A program made the position numbers and the translations under genes. The notes beneath the pieces are model-generated. The model worked only from the letters and a program-made list of their open reading frames with translations. It was not told where the DNA came from and made no database searches. Of a stretch of 64,000 nucleotides of DNA, positions 17,443 to 26,367 are shown one piece after another. The stretch spans positions 297,767 through 361,766 of the forward strand of contig CP119316.1 of NCBI GenBank assembly GCA_029202985.1, given 5' to 3'. The DNA comes from Candidatus Andeanibacterium colombiense. Its GTDB lineage: Bacteria; Pseudomonadota; Alphaproteobacteria; Sphingomonadales; Sphingomonadaceae. How positions within the stretch are numbered: position 1 is the first letter of the stretch; each line of letters opens with the position of its first letter.

Positions 17443-17601
17443 CATCGCAACAGCCTGCCGCAATCCGTGTTCAAACGCCGTTCAGTGCCCCTTAGCTAGC
17501 GAAGCGTTTGCATTGTCGGATGCAACACGGCAGTAGCGCGTCCGCGCTAACGACGCGGGAAAGCCTTCCCGCCGGAATTTGCCTGACAGGAGAGAGTTTT
17601 G

Positions 17602-19008
17602 ATGCGTCGAGTGTCCATGCGCGCCCCCCGGCGTAAGGGTTTTGTTTCCGGTCTGGCCCTGGCCCTGAGCTTCACCGCCGCCGGTTTCACGGTTCCGGCG
17701 CAGGCGCAGTCCGAGAAGCCGGCCTATTCGAAGAATTTCGTCAAGCCGGCCCAGCAGGCATCGACCGATGTCAACGCCGCGCGCAGCAAGCCCGAAGTGC
17801 AGGCCGAAATCGCGAATCTGATCGCCGCTTCGAACGCGCTGTCCGCCGCCAAGGGTGACGCTGTCGCGCCGGCGCAGGCGCAGTTCGACGCTGTCGCCCA
17901 GCGCATCCAGGGGATGACCACGGCCGAGCGCAGGGAGCTGCAGGATCTGGCCGCCAAGGCCGAAACGCCGGACGACAAGTTCATGGCCGGCGATCTGATG
18001 GGCTTCCTCGGCGCGTTCTCGGGCGACCAGGCGCTGCGCGCTCAGGGCCTCAAGCTCAAGCTCGACAGCGGCACGCTGAAGCCCGATCTGGCGGCGGCGA
18101 GCTGGTTCGAACTCGGTCAGCTGTCCTATGCCACCAACCGTGTCGATGACGCGCGCGCTGCGTTCGAAGCAGCCTACAAGGCGGGCAAGATCGAGGCGGC
18201 ACTGTATGCGGCCGACACGTTCTACAGCACCAACCGGGTTCCCGAGGGGCTCGATTATCTCGAAGCCCAGATCAACGCGCGCCTCGCCGCCGGGCAGGAG
18301 GTGCCGCTCGAATGGTACGGCAACGGCCTCAACAAGGCGCGCGGCCTTAACGATCCGGTCCGGCTCGGCCATTGGGCCGGGCTTTACGGGGCGGGCGGGC
18401 ACACGCCGCAATCCTGGAACGCGGCGATCGGCGTGGTGATGCAGACGAGCAAATACGGCCCGGCCGAACAGCTCGACGCCTATCGCCTGATGAAGCGCAC
18501 CAACTCGCTGCTCGCGACCGGCGACTACGTCCGCTACATCGAAGCGGCCGACGCGCGCAGCATGGCGAACGAAGTTCTCCCGGCGCTCGACGAAGCGGTC
18601 TCCAAGGGCCTTCTTTCCAAGACCCCGGGCGGTAGCGTCACGGCTGATCTGGTGACCTTCACCAATTCGAACTACGAGATCGCCAACAAGCGCGGACCGG
18701 AAGATCGCAACACGATCGGCGCGATCGTCGCCGATGCCCAAAAGGGCGCGAATGGCGCGAACGCACGGGATGCGGGCGACGTGTACCAATCGTTCGGCGA
18801 CAATGCGAAGGCCGAGGAAATGTTCAAGCTCGCGCTCCAGAAGGGCGGGGTGGACAACGACCGCATCCTGATGCGGATGGCGATCGCCCAGGCGGACCAG
18901 GGCAAATACGCCGACGCCAAGGCAAGCCTGGCCAAGATCACCGGCGCGCGCGCTCCGCTCGCCGGCCTGTGGATCGCCTATATTGACAGCAAGGCCGGAC
19001 ACGCCTGA
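17602..19008 (+). CDS. Hypothetical secreted protein, helical-repeat (TPR-like) appearance
   Basis: ORF 17599..19008, with ATG at 17602 after AGGAGAGAG. Signal peptide ends at AQAQS. Ala-rich helical sequence; the C-terminus (GDNAKAEEMFKLALQKG..AIAQADQGKYADAKASL) looks TPR-like. Confidence 0.6.
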   Translation: MRRVSMRAPRRKGFVSGLALALSFTAAGFTVPAQAQSEKPAYSKNFVKPAQQASTDVNAARSKPEVQAEIANLIAASNALSAAKGDAVAPAQAQFDAVAQRIQGMTTAERRELQDLAAKAETPDDKFMAGDLMGFLGAFSGDQALRAQGLKLKLDSGTLKPDLAAASWFELGQLSYATNRVDDARAAFEAAYKAGKIEAALYAADTFYSTNRVPEGLDYLEAQINARLAAGQEVPLEWYGNGLNKARGLNDPVRLGHWAGLYGAGGHTPQSWNAAIGVVMQTSKYGPAEQLDAYRLMKRTNSLLATGDYVRYIEAADARSMANEVLPALDEAVSKGLLSKTPGGSVTADLVTFTNSNYEIANKRGPEDRNTIGAIVADAQKGANGANARDAGDVYQSFGDNAKAEEMFKLALQKGGVDNDRILMRMAIAQADQGKYADAKASLAKITGARAPLAGLWIAYIDSKAGHA

Positions 19009-19033
19009 GCCGGCTTCCGGGTAAAGGATCGGC

Positions 19034-19069
19034 GGCGCGGGGAGGTTGGCTTCCCGCGCCGTTTCTTTG
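19034..19069 (+). terminator. Intrinsic terminator between convergent genes
   Basis: GGCGCGGGGA-GGTTGGC-TTCCCGCGCC (10-bp stem including one G-U pair) followed by GTTTCTTTG. Confidence 0.7.
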
Positions 19070-19072
19070 CGC

Positions 19073-19801
19073 TCAGCGCTGGCGCCTGACGTAGACCCCG
19101 TCGTCGCGGCGCTCGACCTTGAACTGGTCGCCGGCCGCCTCGATCAGGTCGGACAGCCGCTTGAAGCCATAGGTGCGCACGTCGAAGCTCGAGCGGTTGT
19201 TGGCGATCTTGCCCATTTCGGAGAGGCTGGCGAAGCCGCGCTCGTCGCGCTTCGAAGCCTTCCACGCGGTCGCGAGTTCGTCGACCACCGCTTCATCGAC
19301 CTTCTTGCGGACAGGATGCTGCTTTGCCGGCACGGCCGGTCCCTCGTCGTCGCCGGCGGTCTCGGTCAGCGAATCGACCTCGATAAAGCGGGTGCACGCG
19401 GTCTTGAACGCCTCGGGCGTCTTGCTGCGGCCGAAGCCGTAGACGAGCACCCCGTCCTGCCGCAGGCGCATCGCCAGCGGCGTGAAATCGCTGTCCGAAC
19501 TGACGATCCCGTAGCCGTCGACCTTGCCCTGGTACAGCAGGTCCATCGCATCGATGGTCATCGCCATGTCGGTCGCGTTCTTGCCCTTGGTCAGGTCGAA
19601 CTGCTGGTGCGGGCTGATCCCGTAGCGGTGCAGCACGTTGCTCCAGCCCTTGAGCCCGACCTTGGCCCAATTGCCATAGGCGCGGCGGATGTTGACTTGG
19701 CCGAGACCGGCCAGCACGGTCAGCACCGCGTCGATCTCGCGCGCGCCGGCATTGTCCGCATCGATCAGCAGAGCGATGTTCTTGAGCGCGTTCTCAGGCA
19801 T
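19073..19801 (-). CDS. NYN domain (LabA-like) predicted ribonuclease with C-terminal OST-HTH/LOTUS domain
   Basis: ORF 19073..20041, with ATG at 19801. IALLIDADNAG..KNATDMAMTIDAMD..IVSSDSDFTPLAMRL is the NYN signature. C-terminal GFASLSEMGKIANNRSSFDVRTYGFKRLSDLIEAAGDQFKV is LOTUS-like. Confidence 0.8.
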   Translation of the reverse strand: MPENALKNIALLIDADNAGAREIDAVLTVLAGLGQVNIRRAYGNWAKVGLKGWSNVLHRYGISPHQQFDLTKGKNATDMAMTIDAMDLLYQGKVDGYGIVSSDSDFTPLAMRLRQDGVLVYGFGRSKTPEAFKTACTRFIEVDSLTETAGDDEGPAVPAKQHPVRKKVDEAVVDELATAWKASKRDERGFASLSEMGKIANNRSSFDVRTYGFKRLSDLIEAAGDQFKVERRDDGVYVRRQR

Positions 19802-20465
19802 CGTCCGCATCCTCCACCACCGGCAGGAACTCGCCGGTTTCCTCGTCGAGCAGGCGCAGCACCCCGTCCGAAATCGCGAACAGCGCGCCCCGCAGCAGCA
19901 GTTCGCCCGCTGCTTCCTTCGCGCGCACCGCGGGGAAGGTCCGCAGGTTCGCGAGGCTGACCTTGACCCCGGCCTGCTCCATCGCGCGCTCGGCGGGGCG
20001 GCCGGTCGTGCCGAATTCCTCCACGATCGGTGCGCGCACATGGTCGAGCATTGATATCCAGTTCGCGATGAAGCCGCCTTCGCCGGGCCTGGTGCCGTGC
20101 AGTTCCTGCGTCAGCGCCGCCTTGCAGCCGCCACACATGCCGTGGCCCATCACCAGGATTTCGCGCACTTTCAGCACCTGCACCGCGAATTCGAGCGCGG
20201 CCGAGACGCCGTGATGGCCGGGCGTGGTCTCGAACGGCGGGACCATCGCGGCGACATTGCGGACGACGAAGGTCTCGCCCGGATCGACGTCGAAGATCTG
20301 CGAGGGGTCGACCCGGCTGTCGGAGCAGGCGATGATCATGACCCTGGGTTCCTGGCCTTCGCTCAGCGCCGCCCAGCGGTCATGTTGCGGATGCCAGCGG
20401 TTTTCGCGGAAGCGGCGATAGCCTTCGAGCAGGACGTCGAGTTCGGGGGAGGGGGCGGCACTCAT
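19794..20465 (-). CDS. Beta-class carbonic anhydrase
   Basis: ORF 19794..20501. CSDSRVDP and HGMCGGC zinc-ligand motifs. Start at 20465 (MSAAPSP) or 20477. Confidence 0.9.
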   Translation of the reverse strand: MSAAPSPELDVLLEGYRRFRENRWHPQHDRWAALSEGQEPRVMIIACSDSRVDPSQIFDVDPGETFVVRNVAAMVPPFETTPGHHGVSAALEFAVQVLKVREILVMGHGMCGGCKAALTQELHGTRPGEGGFIANWISMLDHVRAPIVEEFGTTGRPAERAMEQAGVKVSLANLRTFPAVRAKEAAGELLLRGALFAISDGVLRLLDEETGEFLPVVEDADDA

Positions 20466-20564
20466 GGGAATTGCCATGCCGCGCCCGCCTGCGGCTTGCA
20501 ACCCTCGCCACTTTGATCGCTGTGGGCCGTAGGCCCGCGGTGTGAATCAGGGTGTTTTTGTGAT

Positions 20565-20620
20565 GGCCTGATCGTCCGAAATAGAAAGCCTGGAAGGCTT
20601 CTATTTCGGACGATCAGGCC
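20565..20620. repeat. 56-nt near-perfect hairpin/palindrome, ending 14 nt before the lipA start codon
   Basis: GGCCTGATCGTCCGAAATAGAA pairs perfectly (22 bp) with TTCTATTTCGGACGATCAGGCC. Three further GCC/GGC pairs close a 5-nt loop. Confidence 0.8.
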
Positions 20621-20634
20621 CTAAGTGGTCCCCG

Positions 20635-21573
20635 ATGAACGACCTCACGCCCGACGCCTTTGGCGCGCCCAAGCCGGAACGCCAGCGCAAGCCGGACTGG
20701 ATCCGCGTGAAAGCCCCGGTCAGCAAGGGCTATCACGAGACCCGCGAACTGATGCGCGGGCTCGGGCTCAACACCGTGTGCGAAGAGGCGGCCTGCCCGA
20801 ATATCGGCGAGTGCTGGACCAAAAAACACGCAACGGTGATGATCCTGGGCGATGTCTGCACCCGTGCCTGCGCCTTTTGCAACGTCAAGACCGGCATGCC
20901 GCGCAAGGTCGATCCGCTGGAGCCGGAGCATGTCGCGGTCGCGGCGGCGAAAATGGGCCTCGAGCATATCGTGATCACCTCGGTCGACCGCGACGATCTG
21001 CCCGATGGCGGCGCAGGTCAGTTCGTGAAGGTGATCGAAGCTTTGCGGCGGACCACGCCGAACACCACGATCGAGATCCTCACCCCCGATTTCCGCGGCA
21101 AGATGCGCGAGGCGGTTGAGGCGATCGTCGCCGCCGGACCCGACGTCTATAACCACAACCTCGAAACCGTCCCGCGGCTCTACCCGACGATCCGCCCCGG
21201 CGCGCGCTATTACGCCTCGCTGCGGCTGCTGGAGGAAGTGAAGCGCCACAATCCGCTGGTCTTCACCAAGAGCGGAATCATGCTCGGCCTCGGCGAGGAA
21301 CGGCTCGAAGTCCACCAGGTGATGGACGACATGCGCAGCGCCGACGTCGATTTCATCACCATGGGCCAGTATCTCCAGCCCACGCCCAAGCACGCCAGGG
21401 TGATCGATTTCGTCACGCCGCAGGTGTTCGGGGCCTATGGCGCGATCGCGAGGGCGAAGGGCTTCCTGCAGGTCGCCGCAAGCCCGCTGACCCGCTCCAG
21501 CTATCACGCGGGCGAGGATTTCGCCCAGATGCGCGCCGCGCGCGCAGCGAAGCTCGCCAAGCAGCAGGGCTGA
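20635..21573 (+). CDS. lipA: Lipoyl synthase
   Basis: 312 aa. [12 protein letters not shown] and [10 protein letters not shown] iron-sulfur/radical-SAM cysteine motifs. Confidence 0.97.
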   Translation: MNDLTPDAFGAPKPERQRKPDWIRVKAPVSKGYHETRELMRGLGLNTVCEEAACPNIGECWTKKHATVMILGDVCTRACAFCNVKTGMPRKVDPLEPEHVAVAAAKMGLEHIVITSVDRDDLPDGGAGQFVKVIEALRRTTPNTTIEILTPDFRGKMREAVEAIVAAGPDVYNHNLETVPRLYPTIRPGARYYASLRLLEEVKRHNPLVFTKSGIMLGLGEERLEVHQVMDDMRSADVDFITMGQYLQPTPKHARVIDFVTPQVFGAYGAIARAKGFLQVAASPLTRSSYHAGEDFAQMRAARAAKLAKQQG

Positions 21574-22034
21574 TGCCGGGAATTCGCGAAACCAGGCATC
21601 TGCGCTGGAGCGCCGGACAGATGTTCGACCTCGTCGCCGATGTCGCGCGTTACGGCGAGTTCCTGCCCTGGGTGGTCGGCGTCCGGGTCAAGTCCGACAG
21701 CGAGACCGAGATGGTCGCGGATTTGCTGGTCGGCTTCAAGGCGCTGCGCGAGAAGTTCACCTCACGGGTGATCAAGCACCGGCCGCACGCGATCGAAGTG
21801 GTCTATCTCGACGGGCCGATGAAGGATCTTGACAACCGCTGGACCTTTACCCCCACGGAAGACGGCGGCTGCGACATCGTGTTCGACGTGAAGTTCACCT
21901 TCCGCAACCGCCTGTTCGAGGCTTTGGCCGGCCAGTATTTCGACCGAGCTTTCAGGAAGATGGTCGCCGCTTTCGAGACGCGGGCTGAAGAACTTTACGG
22001 CAGCAGCAGTTCGAGCGCGACCAGCGTCGCCTGA
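21573..22034 (+). CDS. SRPBCC family protein (Coq10/RatA-like cyclase/dehydrase fold)
   Basis: 153 aa. ATG overlaps the lipA stop (ATGA-type junction). FDLVADVARYGEFLPW..DNRWTF is typical of this family. Confidence 0.75.
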   Translation: MPGIRETRHLRWSAGQMFDLVADVARYGEFLPWVVGVRVKSDSETEMVADLLVGFKALREKFTSRVIKHRPHAIEVVYLDGPMKDLDNRWTFTPTEDGGCDIVFDVKFTFRNRLFEALAGQYFDRAFRKMVAAFETRAEELYGSSSSSATSVA

Positions 22035-22489
22035 AGCCTCACGCCCGCCCGATCCTGGTCGGCGAAGATACGCTGTTCGGCGTCTTTCTCTCCGCCGCGG
22101 ATCGCCTTGGCGAACACCACCGTGCCGACCGGCTTTTTGGGCGAGCCGCCCTCAGGCCCGGCGATCCCGCTGATCGCGACGGCGACATCCGCGTCGCTGC
22201 GTTTCAACGCACCTTCGGCCATCGCGTAGACGCAGGCGATCGAGACCGCGCCGAACGCGTCGATGATGTCACCCGCGACGCCGAGCATTTGCTGCTTGGC
22301 CTCGTTCGAATAGGTCACATAGCTGCGGTCGAGAACGGCGGAGGAGCCCGCGATTTCAGTGACCGCCGCCGCGACCAGTCCGCCGGTGCAGCTTTCGGCC
22401 AGCGCGATCGTGCGCCCGGCCGTGATGTTCGCCTCGACCACGCGGCGCGCGAGATCGACGATTTCCTTCGGCAGCAGGCTGTCACTCAT
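21995..22489 (-). CDS. CinA-family nicotinamide-nucleotide amidohydrolase (PncC-like, C-terminal domain only)
   Basis: 164 aa. TIALAESCTGGLVAAAVTEIAGSS..VTYSNEAKQQMLGV signature. Confidence 0.85.
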   Translation of the reverse strand: MSDSLLPKEIVDLARRVVEANITAGRTIALAESCTGGLVAAAVTEIAGSSAVLDRSYVTYSNEAKQQMLGVAGDIIDAFGAVSIACVYAMAEGALKRSDADVAVAISGIAGPEGGSPKKPVGTVVFAKAIRGGEKDAEQRIFADQDRAGVRLQATLVALELLLP

Positions 22490-23042
22490 CGTCGCACACC
22501 TTCGGATCCTTGAGGCCGACCAGCGGCATCGCCACGCCCAGCAGCATGCCCGCGTCCCGCGGATCGAACGGCGCCATCGCGCCGAAGATCCGTTCGAGCG
22601 TGCGGCACTGGTCGGGTTTTACCTTCTCCGCAACCTTCTGCATGATCAGGGTCTCGACGAGCGGGCGGGCGACATTGTCCGGCAATGCTTCGGCCATCTT
22701 GAGCGGATCGACACCGCCGAGGCCCTGAACCTGCGTTTTCTTGCCGTTCTTGTTCTGCTGGCTGGCGATCGCCATCAGCAGCGCGCGCCGCGCCTTGGGC
22801 CAGGTATCGTTCTGCAGCGCGACATAGCGGGCGGAAAGCTTCGTGCTTCCCCGGGCGAAAAACCCGTCCGGTGCGAGTTGGCCGTCGCAGCTGTTCTTCA
22901 CCGCCTCCAGCGTCGGCGGCACCGCATAGACGAATAGCGAGGCGATCTCGCTGCCGCTCACGCATTGCTGCTGGGCGGAAGCGCCCTGCGACGCGGTCAG
23001 GCCAACAAGCGCGAGCAGGGCGACAGATTTGGGAAATCGCAT
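22482..23042 (-). CDS. Hypothetical secreted protein
   Basis: 186 aa. Signal peptide MRFPKSVALLALVGLTASQGASAQ and four Cys. I recognise no family. Confidence 0.55.
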   Translation of the reverse strand: MRFPKSVALLALVGLTASQGASAQQQCVSGSEIASLFVYAVPPTLEAVKNSCDGQLAPDGFFARGSTKLSARYVALQNDTWPKARRALLMAIASQQNKNGKKTQVQGLGGVDPLKMAEALPDNVARPLVETLIMQKVAEKVKPDQCRTLERIFGAMAPFDPRDAGMLLGVAMPLVGLKDPKVCDDE

Positions 23043-23053
23043 CGATGCAGTCC

Positions 23054-24199
23054 TCAGGTCCGGAACAGGGTCACGGCCGCCTGCGCCGCGATCCCTTCGC
23101 CGCGACCGGTGAAGCCGAGGCGCTCGGTCGTGGTCGCCTTTACATTAATGCAGCCGGTATCGACGCCCGCGATTTCGGCCAGCCTTGCCCGCATGGCATC
23201 CCGATGCGGGCCGATCTTCGGAGCTTCGCAGATGATCGTTACGTCGAGATTGCCGAGCCGGTAGCCGGCTTCGCCCGCAAGCTTCAGCGCGTGGGCGAGG
23301 AAGCGATCGGATGAGACGCCGCGCCATTGCGGGTCGCTGGGCGGAAAATGCTGGCCGATATCGCCCGCGCCGGCCGCGCCGAGGATCGCGTCGACCGCGG
23401 CATGGATCGCGACATCGGCGTCGCTATGCCCGGCGAGGCCCCTGGTATGTTCGATCCTGACCCCGCAGAGCCACAATTCCTCGCCCTCCGCGAGACGGTG
23501 GACGTCGTAACCGGTGCCGACGCGGACGGAAGGTTGATCGGACACGAAATCCTCCGCGAAAGTGAGTTTGCGCAGAGCTTCGTCGCCCTCGACGAGCGCG
23601 ATGTCCAGCCCGGCCGCCTGTGCGACCTGGGCATCGTCTCCCGCGGTGGGTTCGCCGCTCCATGCGCGGTGGGCGGCGAAGATCTCGGGGAAGCGGAACG
23701 CCTGCGGGGTCTGGACCCGGCGCAACCGCTCGCGCGGCGCGCTACCGGTCATCAGCGCGCCTTCGGCCACAGCGAGGCTGTCGACCACGGGCAGGGCGGG
23801 GATCGCGCCGGCATGATCCTCCAATGCGGCAAGCAGCCGTTCGATGACTGCGGGTGGAAGGATCGGCCGCGCGGCGTCGTGAATCAGCACCAGCGCCGGC
23901 TGTTCGAGACTTTCAAGTGCGATCCGCACCGATGCCTGCCGCGTCGGCCCGCCGATTACCAGTTGCACATCGGGAATACCGGACAGTGCTGCTGCGGCGA
24001 ATGCCTCGCCATTTTCGGGGATCGCGACCACGATCGGGGAGGCCCCGGCAGCCGCCAGAGCTTCCGCCGAATGCCGCAGCACCGGCTTGCCGCTCCACAT
24101 CGCGAACTGCTTTGGAAGCTCGCCCCCGGCGCGCAGGCCTTTCCCAGCGGCCACGATCACCGCCGCGAAGTTTGGGGCGAAGGAGGGGAGGGCATCCAT
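23054..24199 (-). CDS. ispDF: Bifunctional 2-C-methyl-D-erythritol 4-phosphate cytidylyltransferase / 2-C-methyl-D-erythritol 2,4-cyclodiphosphate synthase
   Basis: C-terminal 381 aa of ORF 23054..25330, with ATG at 24199 (MDALPSF). IspD motif [10 protein letters not shown]. IspF motif [20 protein letters not shown]. Confidence 0.92.
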   Translation of the reverse strand: MDALPSFAPNFAAVIVAAGKGLRAGGELPKQFAMWSGKPVLRHSAEALAAAGASPIVVAIPENGEAFAAAALSGIPDVQLVIGGPTRQASVRIALESLEQPALVLIHDAARPILPPAVIERLLAALEDHAGAIPALPVVDSLAVAEGALMTGSAPRERLRRVQTPQAFRFPEIFAAHRAWSGEPTAGDDAQVAQAAGLDIALVEGDEALRKLTFAEDFVSDQPSVRVGTGYDVHRLAEGEELWLCGVRIEHTRGLAGHSDADVAIHAAVDAILGAAGAGDIGQHFPPSDPQWRGVSSDRFLAHALKLAGEAGYRLGNLDVTIICEAPKIGPHRDAMRARLAEIAGVDTGCINVKATTTERLGFTGRGEGIAAQAAVTLFRT

Positions 24200-24277
24200 C
24201 GCCGCGCGGGTAGCCGCTTGCAGGCATGGTCGCAATCCACTATGCGCTGCCTGTTTTTTAGGCACCTCTCGCACATC

Positions 24278-25297
24278 ATGGCCCATACCCCGCTTCTCAA
24301 GCCGATCCAGGTCGGCCCGGTAACGATCGAGACGCCCGTCGTTCTCGCGCCGATGACCGGCGTCACCGACATGCCGTTCCGCAAGCTGGTGCGCCGGTTC
24401 GGTTCGGGGCTCAACGTGACCGAGATGATCGCGAGCGAAGCGGCGATCCGCGAGACCCGCCAGTCGATCCAGAAGGCGGTGTGGCACGAGATCGAGGAAC
24501 CGGTCTCGATGCAACTGGTCGGCTGCGATCCGAGCTCGATGGCCGAGGCGGCGAAGATCCAGGAAGCCAACGGCGCCGCGATCATCGACATCAATTTCGG
24601 CTGCCCGGTGCGCAAGGTCGTCGGCCAGTACGCCGGCTCCGCGTTGATGCGCGAAGTGCCGTTGGCGGTGAAGCTGATGGAAGCGACGGTAAAGGCGGTC
24701 GGCGTGCCGGTGACGGTCAAGATGCGGATGGGCTGGGATCACGACAGCCTCAACGCGCCCGAGCTCGCGCATATCGCCGAGGATCTCGGGGTAAAGATGA
24801 TCACCGTCCACGGCCGCACCCGCAACCAGATGTACAAGGGTGAGGCCGACTGGGCTTTCATCCGCAAGGTCAAGGATGCGGTCTCGATCCCGGTGATCGC
24901 CAATGGTGACATCTGCCGCGAGGAAGATGCGGGCGCGGCGCTCGAGCAAAGTGGCGCGGACGGGGTGATGATCGGGCGCGGGGCCTATGGGCGACCGTGG
25001 CTGCTCGGCCAGGTGATGCACTGGCTCCAGACCGGCGAGAAGATCGCGAGCCCCGACATCGCCGAGCAATATGCGGTGCTGGTCGAGCATTACCGCGCGA
25101 TGCTGGCGCTCTACGGCGAGGACACCGGCACCAGGATCGCCCGCAAGCATCTTGGCTGGTACACCAAGGGTCTGCCGGGATCCGCCGAGTTCCGCAACAT
25201 GGTCAATTTCATCGACGATCCGGTGCGCGTGCTGGGCGAACTCGAACGTTTTTACCTGCCCCTGATCGACAAAAGCCCGGAGCGCCGCGCCGCGTGA
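24278..25297 (+). CDS. dusB: tRNA-dihydrouridine synthase B (NifR3 family)
   Basis: C-terminal 339 aa of ORF 23327..25297, with ATG at 24278. [39 protein letters not shown]. Confidence 0.92.
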   Translation: MAHTPLLKPIQVGPVTIETPVVLAPMTGVTDMPFRKLVRRFGSGLNVTEMIASEAAIRETRQSIQKAVWHEIEEPVSMQLVGCDPSSMAEAAKIQEANGAAIIDINFGCPVRKVVGQYAGSALMREVPLAVKLMEATVKAVGVPVTVKMRMGWDHDSLNAPELAHIAEDLGVKMITVHGRTRNQMYKGEADWAFIRKVKDAVSIPVIANGDICREEDAGAALEQSGADGVMIGRGAYGRPWLLGQVMHWLQTGEKIASPDIAEQYAVLVEHYRAMLALYGEDTGTRIARKHLGWYTKGLPGSAEFRNMVNFIDDPVRVLGELERFYLPLIDKSPERRAA

Positions 25298-26346
25298 CCG
25301 GCGAACCGCAGCCCGACGAGCAGCTCGCAAGCCTGTCGAGCGCGGTGCTGCTGCTCGCGCCCGGCCTGGTGATCCGCAGCGCCAACCCGGCGGCCGAGGT
25401 GCTGATGGGGATCGGCGCCAAGCGCCTGATCGGGCGGCGGCTCCACGACGTCGCCGAATTCGACGAGGCGCGGTTCAGCGAATGGCTCGAACGCGCGGAT
25501 GCGCCGATCTCCGCTCTTTCGGTGAAGACGCGCTTCGGGAACTCGATCGAGTACAAGCTCGACCTGATCCTTTCGCCGGTGATCGACCATCCGGGCTGGC
25601 AGATGCTGGCGATGAACGACGTCGGGGCGACCGAGACCCTCGGCGAAGGCGACGAGCCGTTCCTGCGCGCGCCCGCGATCCTCGCGCATGAGATCAAAAA
25701 CCCGCTGTCGGCGATCCGCGGGGCGGCCCAGCTGCTGGCGCGCAAGCTCGAAGCTTCGGACAAGGCGATGACCCAGCTCATCACCGACGAGGTCGACCGC
25801 ATCGCGAAGCTGGTCGACCGGATGCAGTCGCTCGGACGCGAGCAGCCCGAGCCGGTTGCGCCGTGCAATCTGCACGAAGTGGTCCGCCGTGCGACCAGCG
25901 TGATTGCCGCGGCCGGCGACGACGGGATCGAACTGCGCGAGGAATTCGATCCGTCGCTGCCGGATGTGCTCGGCAACGAGGATGCTTTGGTGCAGGTGCT
26001 GCTCAACCTCGTCGCCAACGCGCGCGATGCCTGTCGCGGCGCGCGCAATCCGCAGGTCGTGATCCGCACGCGGTTCGTTTCGGGGCTGGTGCTCACCGCG
26101 ATCCGCCTCGGTCGCCCGGTCAAATTGCCGATCGAAGTCCGGGTGAGCGACAATGGCCCCGGCGTACCGCGCGAATTGCGCGATCATATTTTCGAGCCCT
26201 TCGTCACCAGCAAGAAGAACGGTCAAGGCCTCGGCCTTGCGCTGGTCAACAAGCTGGTGCGCGACATGGACGGGCGGATCAGTCACGAACGCGACGAGTC
26301 GGAAGGATGGACCCATTTCAGGATCCACCTTCCGGTGGCGCGTTGA
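25294..26346 (+). CDS. ntrB: Nitrogen regulation sensor histidine kinase NtrB
   Basis: In-frame GTG at 25294 overlaps the dusB stop (GTGA). H-box [18 protein letters not shown] and ATP-lid [22 protein letters not shown]. Confidence 0.88.
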   Translation: MTGEPQPDEQLASLSSAVLLLAPGLVIRSANPAAEVLMGIGAKRLIGRRLHDVAEFDEARFSEWLERADAPISALSVKTRFGNSIEYKLDLILSPVIDHPGWQMLAMNDVGATETLGEGDEPFLRAPAILAHEIKNPLSAIRGAAQLLARKLEASDKAMTQLITDEVDRIAKLVDRMQSLGREQPEPVAPCNLHEVVRRATSVIAAAGDDGIELREEFDPSLPDVLGNEDALVQVLLNLVANARDACRGARNPQVVIRTRFVSGLVLTAIRLGRPVKLPIEVRVSDNGPGVPRELRDHIFEPFVTSKKNGQGLGLALVNKLVRDMDGRISHERDESEGWTHFRIHLPVAR

Positions 26347-26367
26347 GGCTCTCGGGGGGGAGAGAAC

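Noticed and set aside
21573-22034. RatA-type toxin of a toxin-antitoxin pair, downstream of lipA.
   Set aside because: No small partner (antitoxin) ORF is adjacent. The lipA-SRPBCC linkage and sequence fit the housekeeping Coq10/cyclase-dehydrase-like family better than a toxin-antitoxin module.
23054-25330. 758-aa ORF that would extend IspDF by 377 N-terminal residues. The same applies to the extended versions of ORFs 23327-25297, 5294-6766, 47278-48591 and 53699-55276.
   Set aside because: Only the distal parts match known families. The upstream extensions are antisense to, or overlap, well-supported neighbouring genes. Internal ATGs with RBS or signal peptides give normal-length proteins.
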